Shown piece after piece: positions 9,452 through 17,876 of a stretch of 64,000 nucleotides of DNA. Below the pieces are notes generated by a model that saw only the letters and a program-made list of their open reading frames with translations, was not told the origin of the DNA and did no database searches. The stretch is from Puniceicoccaceae bacterium. GTDB taxonomy: Bacteria; Verrucomicrobiota; Verrucomicrobiia; Opitutales; Oceanipulchritudinaceae. Within the stretch, counting starts at the first letter, position 1. Every line of letters starts with the position of its first letter. Location of the stretch: NCBI GenBank assembly GCA_040830765.1, contig JBFOMH010000017.1, positions 32,001-96,000 of the forward strand, in the 5' to 3' direction. Position numbers and translations under genes: made by a program.

Positions 9452-9978
9452 AAATATTGGATAAAGTTGGCTTGTTTATAGCATCTGGCGGCAGTGGTGA
9501 TCCCAACTCGCCAAAAATAAAATGCTTGTCGAATGTTGCAGTGCAGAAAGGTATTGAATACATCCTCCCTGATTGGCGTTACTTGCCCTGTGACCCAGAG
9601 CCTAGATTGAAAGACTTAGAGGAGAGAACTGATCAGAAATTTGAAAGTCTAGTATTAGCTGGATCGAGCTTAGGCGGCTATGTTTGTTCCGTTTACGCAC
9701 ATAAGAGAAAAGTTGATGGACTATTCCTCCTAACCCCTATCCTCGGTAAAGACGGCTACAAGGATGACTCTCCAAAACCGATGTCCGAAGATACGGTTAT
9801 AATAGCAGCCTCAGAGGATGAATACACAAACGCCAAAGATGTAATCGCGTTTGCAAAAACAATTAATGCATCTCTGCACCTGCTATCGGGCAACCATTCT
9901 TTAGAGAATCATTCAGAATTCATAGCTCGTGAATTCGGTGCATTTATTGATAGAATTAAAAGCAGGAAAACCTTTTAA
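9448..9978 (+). CDS. Alpha/beta hydrolase
   Basis: GSSLGG nucleophile elbow and C-terminal GNH. Confidence 0.75.
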   Translation: MKILDKVGLFIASGGSGDPNSPKIKCLSNVAVQKGIEYILPDWRYLPCDPEPRLKDLEERTDQKFESLVLAGSSLGGYVCSVYAHKRKVDGLFLLTPILGKDGYKDDSPKPMSEDTVIIAASEDEYTNAKDVIAFAKTINASLHLLSGNHSLENHSEFIAREFGAFIDRIKSRKTF

Positions 9979-10156
9979 ATATAAATGAAGCCCCTCACTA
10001 AAGCTCTCTCAGGTTGATTTCTCGATTCAAGAACAAAGTGTAGTTATGCATTCGCGACAGAAAGACGGATTAGATCTTTAATTTTGTCGCCGATCTGCCA
10101 GAGTGATAACATGGGAACGGACCCCATAGTTAAGAACTCCAACAGAAAGGAAAATC

Positions 10157-10621
10157 ATGGATAAACTATACTGGATCGTATGCGAGGAGGGTGATCAGAC
10201 ACTGTTCGAAGGTCGCTTCCTCGGAAGGACGCGGGGAGCAGCACTCAAGCACATGAAAGAGCAATTGGGCCGGTCGAATTTGATCGGCCTTGTTTTTTCA
10301 ATCACTGAGATCCCTGTTCCTCTAATTAGGGATATCGTGAATGAGATTTTGGCGGAGCAGTTGCCCAAACAGATGAATGCAGTTCAAGTGGAGCCGAAGG
10401 AGGAACCTGAGGAGGAACAGGTTGAATTGGAGATCGAGCCGAATCCCTTCATGAATCCGCAACCCCGACCTGAATATGACTGGGAAGCGATCAAGGCATG
10501 CTACATGCAGGGGTGGGGTCCGAAGGGTGTAGCCAGGAAGATGGAGGTCCCGATAAATACTCTAAGAGGACGGATCCGCAGGGAATGCTGGGCGCACGAG
10601 CGCCGGGAGGTGGATGCATGA
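10157..10621 (+). CDS. Hypothetical phage protein with C-terminal HTH
   Basis: RBS AAAGGA; DWEAIKACYMQG..PKGVARKMEVPINTLRGRIRRECW. Confidence 0.7.
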   Translation: MDKLYWIVCEEGDQTLFEGRFLGRTRGAALKHMKEQLGRSNLIGLVFSITEIPVPLIRDIVNEILAEQLPKQMNAVQVEPKEEPEEEQVELEIEPNPFMNPQPRPEYDWEAIKACYMQGWGPKGVARKMEVPINTLRGRIRRECWAHERREVDA

Positions 10622-11070
10622 GAATCTATGAGGCATCCCTGAAATACAAACTCGTTAAATCAGGCCCGCTCACGGTGGTAGACTCCCCGGAGCGGGTTTT
10701 TAACTATATGGAGGGAGCGTTTGATCCTGATCCCACAGTGGAATGGTTCTTTGTGATACCCCTGAACCGCAAGAACCGGGCACTTGGCAGGGTTGCCATC
10801 ACGAAGGGAACGGCCACCGCATCACTTGTTCATCCGCGGGAAGTGTACCGGCCAGCGGTTCTTTGCAATGCATCATCCCTGATTGCTGTCCACAATCATC
10901 CCAGTGGCGATCCGTCACCCAGTCAGGCTGATATCCGGGCCACGAGACAACTGAGGGAAGCGGCGAAGGTGATGCAGATTGATCTTCTTGATCACGTGAT
11001 TATCGGGGAAAAGGATGCCGATCCCATGGGAAGTGGTTACTACTCATTTGCAGAAGCGGGATTACTGTGA
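10618..11070 (+). CDS. radC: RadC/JAB-domain protein
   Basis: VHPREV, HNHPSGDPSPSQAD, LLDHVII. Confidence 0.9.
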   Translation: MRIYEASLKYKLVKSGPLTVVDSPERVFNYMEGAFDPDPTVEWFFVIPLNRKNRALGRVAITKGTATASLVHPREVYRPAVLCNASSLIAVHNHPSGDPSPSQADIRATRQLREAAKVMQIDLLDHVIIGEKDADPMGSGYYSFAEAGLL

Positions 11071-11080
11071 GGAGAGCCAA

Positions 11081-11086
11081 TTGACA
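11081..11086 (+). promoter_or_regulatory. TTGACA-N14-ATG motif
   Basis: 14 nt before ATG 11101. Confidence 0.75.
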
Positions 11087-11100
11087 CTCACTCCTCGCAC

Positions 11101-11751
11101 ATGAGTGAAACTGAATCAGTGAAAGCCAAGGGCCTGGCCGATGGAATTGAAGTATGGTGTGGTTATGAAAAGCTGGTTCCGGTTGAGGATTTAAAGGCCA
11201 ATCCGCGTAATCCGAATACGCACCCGGTCCGCCAAATTGAACTGCTCGCCAAGAATATTCGATATTTTGGATGGCGCCACCCGATTTCTGTTTCCAGGCG
11301 AAGCGGATTGATTGTGGCCGGCCATGGCAGATTGGAAGCGGCCAAGCATTTGAACCTGCAGCTGGTGCCTGTGGATTATCAGAACTTCGCGAGCGAGAAT
11401 GATGAAATGGCGGTATTGATTGCCGACAACCGTTTGGCAGAACTTGCCAGTGTGGATCTCAATTCACTTGAAGGCGTGATCAACGATTTGAAGGTGGAGG
11501 GATTTGATACGCTGCTGACCGGTTTTGAAGACGCCGATTTGGACAGCCTGCTTTCGCCGGACAATTCAAATGAGGTGCTGGAGGAAGAAGATGGAGAGCT
11601 GGAGAAAGGCGACGTCACGATCACTTTGGGTTTGTATCGTTGGAAGGTCAGCCAGGAGGATTACCTCGCTTGGATTGATTCGGTGAAGCAGGAAGTCGGC
11701 TTCGATAAGGAATCGGTGATGAGGGAATTGAGAAAGCGACTGGGTGTATGA
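11101..11751 (+). CDS. ParB/Srx-domain protein
   Basis: NPRNPNTH..FGWRHPI..IVAGHGRLEAA..IADNRLAE. Confidence 0.88.
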   Translation: MSETESVKAKGLADGIEVWCGYEKLVPVEDLKANPRNPNTHPVRQIELLAKNIRYFGWRHPISVSRRSGLIVAGHGRLEAAKHLNLQLVPVDYQNFASENDEMAVLIADNRLAELASVDLNSLEGVINDLKVEGFDTLLTGFEDADLDSLLSPDNSNEVLEEEDGELEKGDVTITLGLYRWKVSQEDYLAWIDSVKQEVGFDKESVMRELRKRLGV

Positions 11752-13259
11752 TCAAGCTTGAGCCATTAGAAGCTGTCGCCCCGTCGACCTACAATCCGCG
11801 CAGCGCGGATCCTCAGCGTCTGGACCTGATTGAGCTTTCGTTAAGGAAACTTGGATTTCTGGCTCCGATCTTTGCCGACGAAAATGGGGAGATTCTTTCC
11901 GGTCACCAGCGACATCTCGTCGCCACCCGGATGGGAGCGAAGCATCTACCGGTATTCCGTACCCGCCCCATGGGGCTCCCTCAAAGAAAGGCGCTGAACA
12001 TCGTTTTCAACCGGGCAACCAATGACTTTGATTGGAACAGTACACCGGAGAAATCCACCCGGGAACTTGCATCACTGGATGTGCATCGCCTTGCGGAATC
12101 GATTTCCGATAAGGCTGTGGATTCCCCCGAATTTATCCGCTGTCTGACTCCGAATCAGGTGAGTGTGAAGGAGCTCTGCCGGACCAATTCCGGAAAGTGG
12201 AAGCAGTATGCGAAGAATCTGGCGAAGACCCTGCATCGAAACGGAATTCTCATGCCGATTATCTGCAAGAGAGATGGTACGGTGATCAATGGTATCGGGC
12301 GCCTTGAAATGCTCGCTGAAAAGAAGATCGAGAATGCTCCTGTCGTATATGTATCGGAAGAGGAGGCAGCTTTCGCAGAAGCGATGATGAACCTGCTTTC
12401 CATGGATTTCGATGTTGAGAGCCGCTATGATGATCTTCTGCGGTATAATTCATTCAGGCGTGCCCGCCGGGTGCGGGAGGAACTGGGCAATGGATTCATA
12501 TTCGCTGTCCACGGGGCAAAGCCTTGCTACACATTTGATATTTTCAATCCGAAGCAGAAGGCAAAGTGGCTGAGGGAACACGGTAATCGCATACTTGATT
12601 TCGGTGCCGGGCACTTGACGGAGACCAAGATTCTCCGCCGGGCGGGAATGGAAGTGTGTGCCTTTGAACCCTATCATATTACGCGATCGGATATTGATAA
12701 GGAGAAGAGTCTTGAGATATGCAGGGAGTTTATTGAAGCAGTTCGAGAAGGCAGAGAGTGGACTTCCATCTTTCTGGCCAGTGTCTTGAACTCGGTACCG
12801 TTCCAGACGGATCGGGAACACATTGCGGTGCTCCTGCAGGCGCTTTGCAGACCGGAAACAAAAGTCTATGCCTGTGCTTCGAGTGTGAGTGAAACCGGTT
12901 GGAGGCAGGTGAATGGGAAGGCATTTTTAAACAAGTCCAATTCAGCGAACATCGCATTCCGGTTGGATTATGAAACGGGAATCAGGATTGGTGATTTCCA
13001 GGACAAGCCGAAGGTGCAGAAGTACCATACGATAAAAGAATTCCATCAGCTATGGACTCCGTTTTTCCGCTCTGTTAGGGTGCGTGAAATGAGTAATAAC
13101 ATTACCGCTACATGCGCACATGCACTACCTGTCGATAAGGAACGGTTGAGGGCGGCAATTGAATTTGAATTTGATCTACCGTATCCGGATGGAACCCGGA
13201 TGGATATGGTTGAGGAAGCAATCGAAGCATTTGAAAAACGATTGGGTGTTAAACTGTGA
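11748..13259 (+). CDS. Tandem ParB domains fused to a class I SAM-methyltransferase-like domain
   Basis: YNPR..ILSGHQRH; second ParB VINGIGRL; RILDFGAGH..AFEPY..LASVLNSVP. Confidence 0.75.
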   Translation: MIKLEPLEAVAPSTYNPRSADPQRLDLIELSLRKLGFLAPIFADENGEILSGHQRHLVATRMGAKHLPVFRTRPMGLPQRKALNIVFNRATNDFDWNSTPEKSTRELASLDVHRLAESISDKAVDSPEFIRCLTPNQVSVKELCRTNSGKWKQYAKNLAKTLHRNGILMPIICKRDGTVINGIGRLEMLAEKKIENAPVVYVSEEEAAFAEAMMNLLSMDFDVESRYDDLLRYNSFRRARRVREELGNGFIFAVHGAKPCYTFDIFNPKQKAKWLREHGNRILDFGAGHLTETKILRRAGMEVCAFEPYHITRSDIDKEKSLEICREFIEAVREGREWTSIFLASVLNSVPFQTDREHIAVLLQALCRPETKVYACASSVSETGWRQVNGKAFLNKSNSANIAFRLDYETGIRIGDFQDKPKVQKYHTIKEFHQLWTPFFRSVRVREMSNNITATCAHALPVDKERLRAAIEFEFDLPYPDGTRMDMVEEAIEAFEKRLGVKL

Positions 13260-13672
13260 TATATCTATTGGATTTAAACTACACGCTGGTTGGGAATTCC
13301 CCAAGAAGGGGAGATCCACCTATCCGGCCATTCATCAGGCAGATCGAGCAAGAAGAGTACCGCCAGTGGTTGGTTGAACTATTGAGGCCTCACAAGGTGA
13401 TTTTAATTACCGCCCGACCGGACCGGTACAGGGAAGTGACCTTGGAGCGTATAAAGGAAAAGACGGGCTGGGAACCGGTGGATGCTTACTTCGCACAAAT
13501 ACAGGCACGACCTCCCCAGATTAAGGAGCACCTTTTGAAAACGCACATCTTCCCAAAGTATGGGAATAATGGATACTTTGCACTTGAGAGTAATCCGTAC
13601 ACTAGGGAGATGTATAAAGGATATGGCATAGAGGCGGTCCGGGTGACGGATCAGGAACTGATGAAATGTTGA
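13256..13672 (+). CDS. HAD-fold phosphatase-like protein (PNKP-phosphatase type)
   Basis: LLDLNYTL, LITARP, IKE and ALESNP variant HAD motifs. Confidence 0.7.
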   Translation: MIYLLDLNYTLVGNSPRRGDPPIRPFIRQIEQEEYRQWLVELLRPHKVILITARPDRYREVTLERIKEKTGWEPVDAYFAQIQARPPQIKEHLLKTHIFPKYGNNGYFALESNPYTREMYKGYGIEAVRVTDQELMKC

Positions 13673-13674
13673 CA
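13669..13674 (+). promoter_or_regulatory. TTGACA-N14-ATG motif
   Basis: 14 nt before ATG 13689. Confidence 0.75.
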
Positions 13675-13688
13675 CTGACTTAACCGGC

Positions 13689-14384
13689 ATGGACGCCGGA
13701 CAGGGGATCGAGACATCGCGCAGCAACTGGGTATTCGACGAAAAGGTCGCACCGAAGTTTGATGAGCATGTGAGAAAAAGCGTTCCCGACTATGATCGGA
13801 TCCAGGATCTGGCAGCAAGTCTTTCTGACTGGTTTGTGAAGGACGGAGGAACCGTTGTGGATCTGGGGGCATCAACCGGTGAAACACTTCATCGCATTCA
13901 AAAACGCAACCCGGCAAAGAAGATCGAGGTTATTGGTTACGACAATTCCAGTGCGATGATCCAGCAGGCGAAGGCAAAGGGAGTGGATGTGCATTTTTGC
14001 GATCTCTCCATGCTTACTGAAATGCGGGGTCACGATTACGGGGTATCGCTCTACACGCTCCAATTTCTGCGCCCGGGAGCCAAGCAGACGGTGCTTTCAG
14101 TATGCTATGATTCATTGAAGCGGGGCGGGGGATTTTTCGTTGTTGAGAAAGTCCATGGAAGCATTCCGGAATTCCAGGACATCACCCAGCAGCTGTACTG
14201 GGAAATGAAACTTGAAAATGGCCTTACACCAAAGGAAGTCCTGAACAAGGCGGCCGCATTGAGGGGCAATATGTTCCCCATGACAGTGGCGGAGAATGAG
14301 GCACTTTTCAGGCGCGTCGGCTTCGTTCGGTATGAGCTTGTATACCGCCATCTGCAATTTGCCGGTTGGCTCCTAATGAAGTAG
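13689..14384 (+). CDS. CmoA-like (carboxy-SAM synthase family) protein
   Basis: WVFDEKVAPKFDEHVRKSVPDY..DLGASTG..YDNSSAM..YTLQFL..VEK follows the CmoA layout over the full length. Confidence 0.8.
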   Translation: MDAGQGIETSRSNWVFDEKVAPKFDEHVRKSVPDYDRIQDLAASLSDWFVKDGGTVVDLGASTGETLHRIQKRNPAKKIEVIGYDNSSAMIQQAKAKGVDVHFCDLSMLTEMRGHDYGVSLYTLQFLRPGAKQTVLSVCYDSLKRGGGFFVVEKVHGSIPEFQDITQQLYWEMKLENGLTPKEVLNKAAALRGNMFPMTVAENEALFRRVGFVRYELVYRHLQFAGWLLMK

Positions 14385-14390
14385 CGGACA

Positions 14391-14396
14391 TTGACA
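14391..14396 (+). promoter_or_regulatory. TTGACA-N14-ATG motif
   Basis: 14 nt before ATG 14411. Confidence 0.75.
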
Positions 14397-14410
14397 CATG
14401 AATCCGGTGC

Positions 14411-15025
14411 ATGGACAACCTGACACCGGATACGGCAACCAAGATTCTCGACGCCGATTTTCAGAACATAGTGAAAAAAGTCGCGGGAGGGAAGACGCTT
14501 ACTGTTGCCGAGAGGGCACTGATTGAGGCACGGGCCTCCGGGAGTAATAACACAACGGCCTATGCCAAGACTGTTGTGGAATTATCTGAGGTACTGGGAG
14601 TAACCAGGCGGACGGTCGGCATGTGGCGCAAAATGCAGGGAGCACCAAAACCACTGTCCAACGGCGACCATGATGTTTCCGCATGGAGAGAGTTTGTCCG
14701 GTTAAACGGCCTGAAAGGCGGCAAGGAACTGGAGGGAGCCAACCATGAGGCCCTAAAGGCAAGGCGGCTACTTGTCGATATTGAGGAACGGGAACTTCGC
14801 CTGGCTATAAAGAGGGGAGACTACCTGCCCATGGAAGAGGTGAGACGGACTGTGATTGAGGGGATGGCACGGCTCTTCGCCATCTTACACAAACGACTCG
14901 AGGACGAATTGCCACCACTGTCCTGTGGAAAGGATGCAGTGGGTATCCGGGAGGAGAATGCCAAGGCTTTGGATGAGGCCCGGCAGGAGGCATATGAATT
15001 TTTCAGCGGATGGACCACAGCTTAA
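14411..15025 (+). CDS. Terminase small subunit (Nu1-like)
   Basis: HTH ELSEVLGVTRRTVGMWRK..GAP and coiled coil ELRLAIKRGDYLP; directly upstream of the large subunit. Confidence 0.8.
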   Translation: MDNLTPDTATKILDADFQNIVKKVAGGKTLTVAERALIEARASGSNNTTAYAKTVVELSEVLGVTRRTVGMWRKMQGAPKPLSNGDHDVSAWREFVRLNGLKGGKELEGANHEALKARRLLVDIEERELRLAIKRGDYLPMEEVRRTVIEGMARLFAILHKRLEDELPPLSCGKDAVGIREENAKALDEARQEAYEFFSGWTTA

Positions 15026-16818
15026 ATCCTGAAATTGCCGGCATGTTTGCCGAAGGGGTAAAACCTCCGGACAGGCGTCCTCCATGGCAGTGGGCTGAGG
15101 AGCATGTTACTTCCATCCCATATTCGCCTATGCCCGGACGGTTCCGCTCGGACAATTCACCGTGGGTTAGGGAGGTAATGGAGGCGATGGTGGATCCGCG
15201 GGTGAAAGTGGTGTCCATTATCGCATCTGTCCAATCCTCAAAGACGACCGCTCCGGAGCTGACCCTCTCTTACATCATATCCAACTTGCCCGGGCCCACC
15301 TTGTGGCTGGACCAGACTGACGAGGATGCGAAGGACCAGTCCGAGTCGCGCCTGCAAAAACTCTTCGAGGAATGTGAACCGGTTAAAAACTTGTATCCAA
15401 AAGACCGGCACAAAAGGAGAAACCATACTATCCACTTTGCCAATGGAATGACGCTCTGGATCCTTGGGGCACATAACAAAACCAATCTGCAACGCCGTTC
15501 CATTCGCTGGTTGATCGGTGATGAAACGTGGCGCTGGCCAACAGGACATATGGCTGAGGCGGAAGCCCGTGTAACTGCTTTCGGATGGCTGGGTAAATGC
15601 ATCTTCATGTCCCAGGGCGGTGAGGAAGATGATGATACGCATCGCAAATTTGAGACGACTGACATGCGCGAATGGACTTTCCAGTGTCCACATTGTGGAA
15701 AGCGTCAGCCCTTCGACTGGGATAATGTGGAGTGGTCCAAATCGGCAAGAACAGCGGAAGGGGATTGGGATTTCACTGAAGTGAGGAAAACCACTTCGCT
15801 TCGGTGTTGTGAGTGTAACCATTACTTTGCTGATTCGGATGCGACCCGCCGCCAGCTCAATGCCACGGGCAAGTTTGTGCGGACCAACCCGAAGGCATCT
15901 GAAGAGAATGTGGGATTTCATTGGAATGCCCTGTGCGCAATGTCGTGGGGGAAACTTGCGGAGATGTACCTTCGGGCCAAGGCAGCAGCAAGGCAGGGCG
16001 ACACATCCTTGTTGCAGCAGTTTTATCAGAAGCGACTCGCATTGCCCTGGAGGGAGTATGTTGAGGACTTCAAGGCGGATATTACCCGTAGCAACTATTG
16101 CATGGGGGATCCATGGCCGGATGAGGGGTATCTGACGGCAAAAGGCACGGTTGTGGATTCACCCACCGATGGTGCCACGGTTGTCCCGCTTCGATTCCTT
16201 TCAGTGGATGTGCAGATGGATCACTTCTGGTTGGTGGTCCGTGCCTGGAGTGCCAGCGGATCCTCAAGGCTAATGTGGTGCGAGCGTGCCCTCACATGGG
16301 AGGACGTTGAGCGGGTACAGGAACGCTTTGGTGTCCACGGCAGCTTGGTATTTGTGGATGCAGGATACAACAGCTATGAGGTATACCGCCACTGTGCCCG
16401 AAAGGGCTGGACTGCCCTAATGGGGGATAACCGTCCAACTTTCACCCACAAGGTAGGAAAACAAAGGGTTCAACGCTTCTACTCTCCGGTGCGGAAGGTC
16501 TATGTAGCCAATGGACAGGTTTGCCGGATGCACTATTGGAGCAATCTGAACATGAAGGATTCGCTCGCCAGGCTGCGGAGGAATCTGGAAGGCGGACCTA
16601 CATGGGAGATCCCCGAAGACATCCCCGAAGAGTACCTGCTTCATATGGACTCAGAGCACCGGATTAAGAGGGGCGGTAAATGGTTCTGGGATCAGATCGG
16701 CAAACGCCCGAACCACATGTTTGATGCGGAGTGCGAGCAGGTTGTCGGAGCCCATATGCTTAAGATTATTGGGCGCGAAAGTGTGCCTCAATCAGGAGAA
16801 TCCGATCCCGAAGGATAA
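15010..16818 (+). CDS. Terminase large subunit, lambda GpA family
   Basis: SVQSSKT Walker A, LIGDE Walker B, CPHCG, GFHWNAL, VDVQ, NHMFDAE. Confidence 0.93.
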   Translation: MDHSLNPEIAGMFAEGVKPPDRRPPWQWAEEHVTSIPYSPMPGRFRSDNSPWVREVMEAMVDPRVKVVSIIASVQSSKTTAPELTLSYIISNLPGPTLWLDQTDEDAKDQSESRLQKLFEECEPVKNLYPKDRHKRRNHTIHFANGMTLWILGAHNKTNLQRRSIRWLIGDETWRWPTGHMAEAEARVTAFGWLGKCIFMSQGGEEDDDTHRKFETTDMREWTFQCPHCGKRQPFDWDNVEWSKSARTAEGDWDFTEVRKTTSLRCCECNHYFADSDATRRQLNATGKFVRTNPKASEENVGFHWNALCAMSWGKLAEMYLRAKAAARQGDTSLLQQFYQKRLALPWREYVEDFKADITRSNYCMGDPWPDEGYLTAKGTVVDSPTDGATVVPLRFLSVDVQMDHFWLVVRAWSASGSSRLMWCERALTWEDVERVQERFGVHGSLVFVDAGYNSYEVYRHCARKGWTALMGDNRPTFTHKVGKQRVQRFYSPVRKVYVANGQVCRMHYWSNLNMKDSLARLRRNLEGGPTWEIPEDIPEEYLLHMDSEHRIKRGGKWFWDQIGKRPNHMFDAECEQVVGAHMLKIIGRESVPQSGESDPEG

Positions 16819-17051
16819 ATCGTGGGATTCCCTGTTTGCATCAATAATCCTGAAACAAACGGTTCATTATGGGATTTGGTTACCTCCCTTCTTGGCATAG
16901 ATTGAAGGTTATCATGTAGGTATGGGGAATTATCCAGAATGTAGGCATCTTCTGGAAGTATTGCTTGGATTGCTGCGGCTCCAAGTACCGTATATGTAAT
17001 ATACTTTTTCATAGTACTGGGAGTTACACTTATTCAGTGATTTAGGGAATA

Positions 17052-17561
17052 GTGAGACCTGAATTTTTTCTTTCTATTAATCGCGTCTCTTTATACTCTG
17101 TATTCATGGGATCCGACTTACAAGTACAGGCAGGAGCAATTATTGGTGGAACCATTGTTGATCCAACATGGATAGATTACACTTTTTGTGAGAATGAATC
17201 ACAATTTTCCGAGGTTCTTGGGTTCGTTATTAAGATCACAAATATATCCAATTCAAAACTGATCATTGATAACATATATTTTGTATTTAGTACTCATTCT
17301 CAAGAAGACGAACGGTTACCCGTTTATAGCAACAGATCTTTTTCTAGGCCAAACAAACTTCCTTCAACACAACATCCATGTATTACCTCGACCTATGAGT
17401 GCGGAATAAAGGATATCCCGCCCATAGCAGGTAATGCCATAGGGATATTAATCGCATACAAGAGTTGGCTGAATCCCTTTAAGGTTTTTCAATTCCATTT
17501 ACACCGTGACAATGACTTTCGGTTATTTACTGGAGCCTTGAAGGAAAGGTATTCGAGCTAA
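17052..17561 (+). CDS. Hypothetical protein in an AT-rich insert (moron)
   Basis: 169-aa ORF in a compositionally distinct gap between terminase and head-joining gene; start uncertain (ATG 17106 is an alternative). Confidence 0.45.
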   Translation: MRPEFFLSINRVSLYSVFMGSDLQVQAGAIIGGTIVDPTWIDYTFCENESQFSEVLGFVIKITNISNSKLIIDNIYFVFSTHSQEDERLPVYSNRSFSRPNKLPSTQHPCITSTYECGIKDIPPIAGNAIGILIAYKSWLNPFKVFQFHLHRDNDFRLFTGALKERYSS

Positions 17562-17576
17562 TCAACTAGCCAACGA

Positions 17577-17582
17577 TTGACA
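17577..17582 (+). promoter_or_regulatory. TTGACA-N14-ATG motif
   Basis: 14 nt before ATG 17597. Confidence 0.75.
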
Positions 17583-17596
17583 ATAAGTCGCCTTCG

Positions 17597-17851
17597 ATGG
17601 CGACAATTGATTATTCCATAGGTTTTACCCAGACGGAGGTAGAGGAGATCCTCACCGCTCAAAAGGCTGAGTTGAAAAAGACATTGGCCGCTTACGCCAA
17701 TGATGGATCCAGTGTGACCAAACGCCGTATTGATGAAATTCATGAGATCATCTCTGCCTGCCAGAAGGCCCTACAGAAGCTCGCTCCCGATACTTATGGT
17801 AAGGGGTTGAAGGTATCCCGGACGGGATTTGTCGACCACATGCAGTTGTAG
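17597..17851 (+). CDS. Head-completion protein (gpW-position)
   Basis: 84-aa ORF between terminase and portal; GSSVTKRRIDEI resembles the gpW hairpin. Confidence 0.6.
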   Translation: MATIDYSIGFTQTEVEEILTAQKAELKKTLAAYANDGSSVTKRRIDEIHEIISACQKALQKLAPDTYGKGLKVSRTGFVDHMQL

Positions 17852-17857
17852 GCATGA

Positions 17858-17863
17858 TTGACA
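17858..17863 (+). promoter_or_regulatory. TTGACA-N13-GTG motif
   Basis: 13 nt before in-frame GTG 17877. Confidence 0.65.
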
Positions 17864-17876
17864 TGTGCCTGGAGCC

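Noticed and set aside
11101..13259. ParB genes as a partition system
   Set aside because: No ParA is present; these are the ParB/Srx domains typical of terminase-adjacent modification loci.
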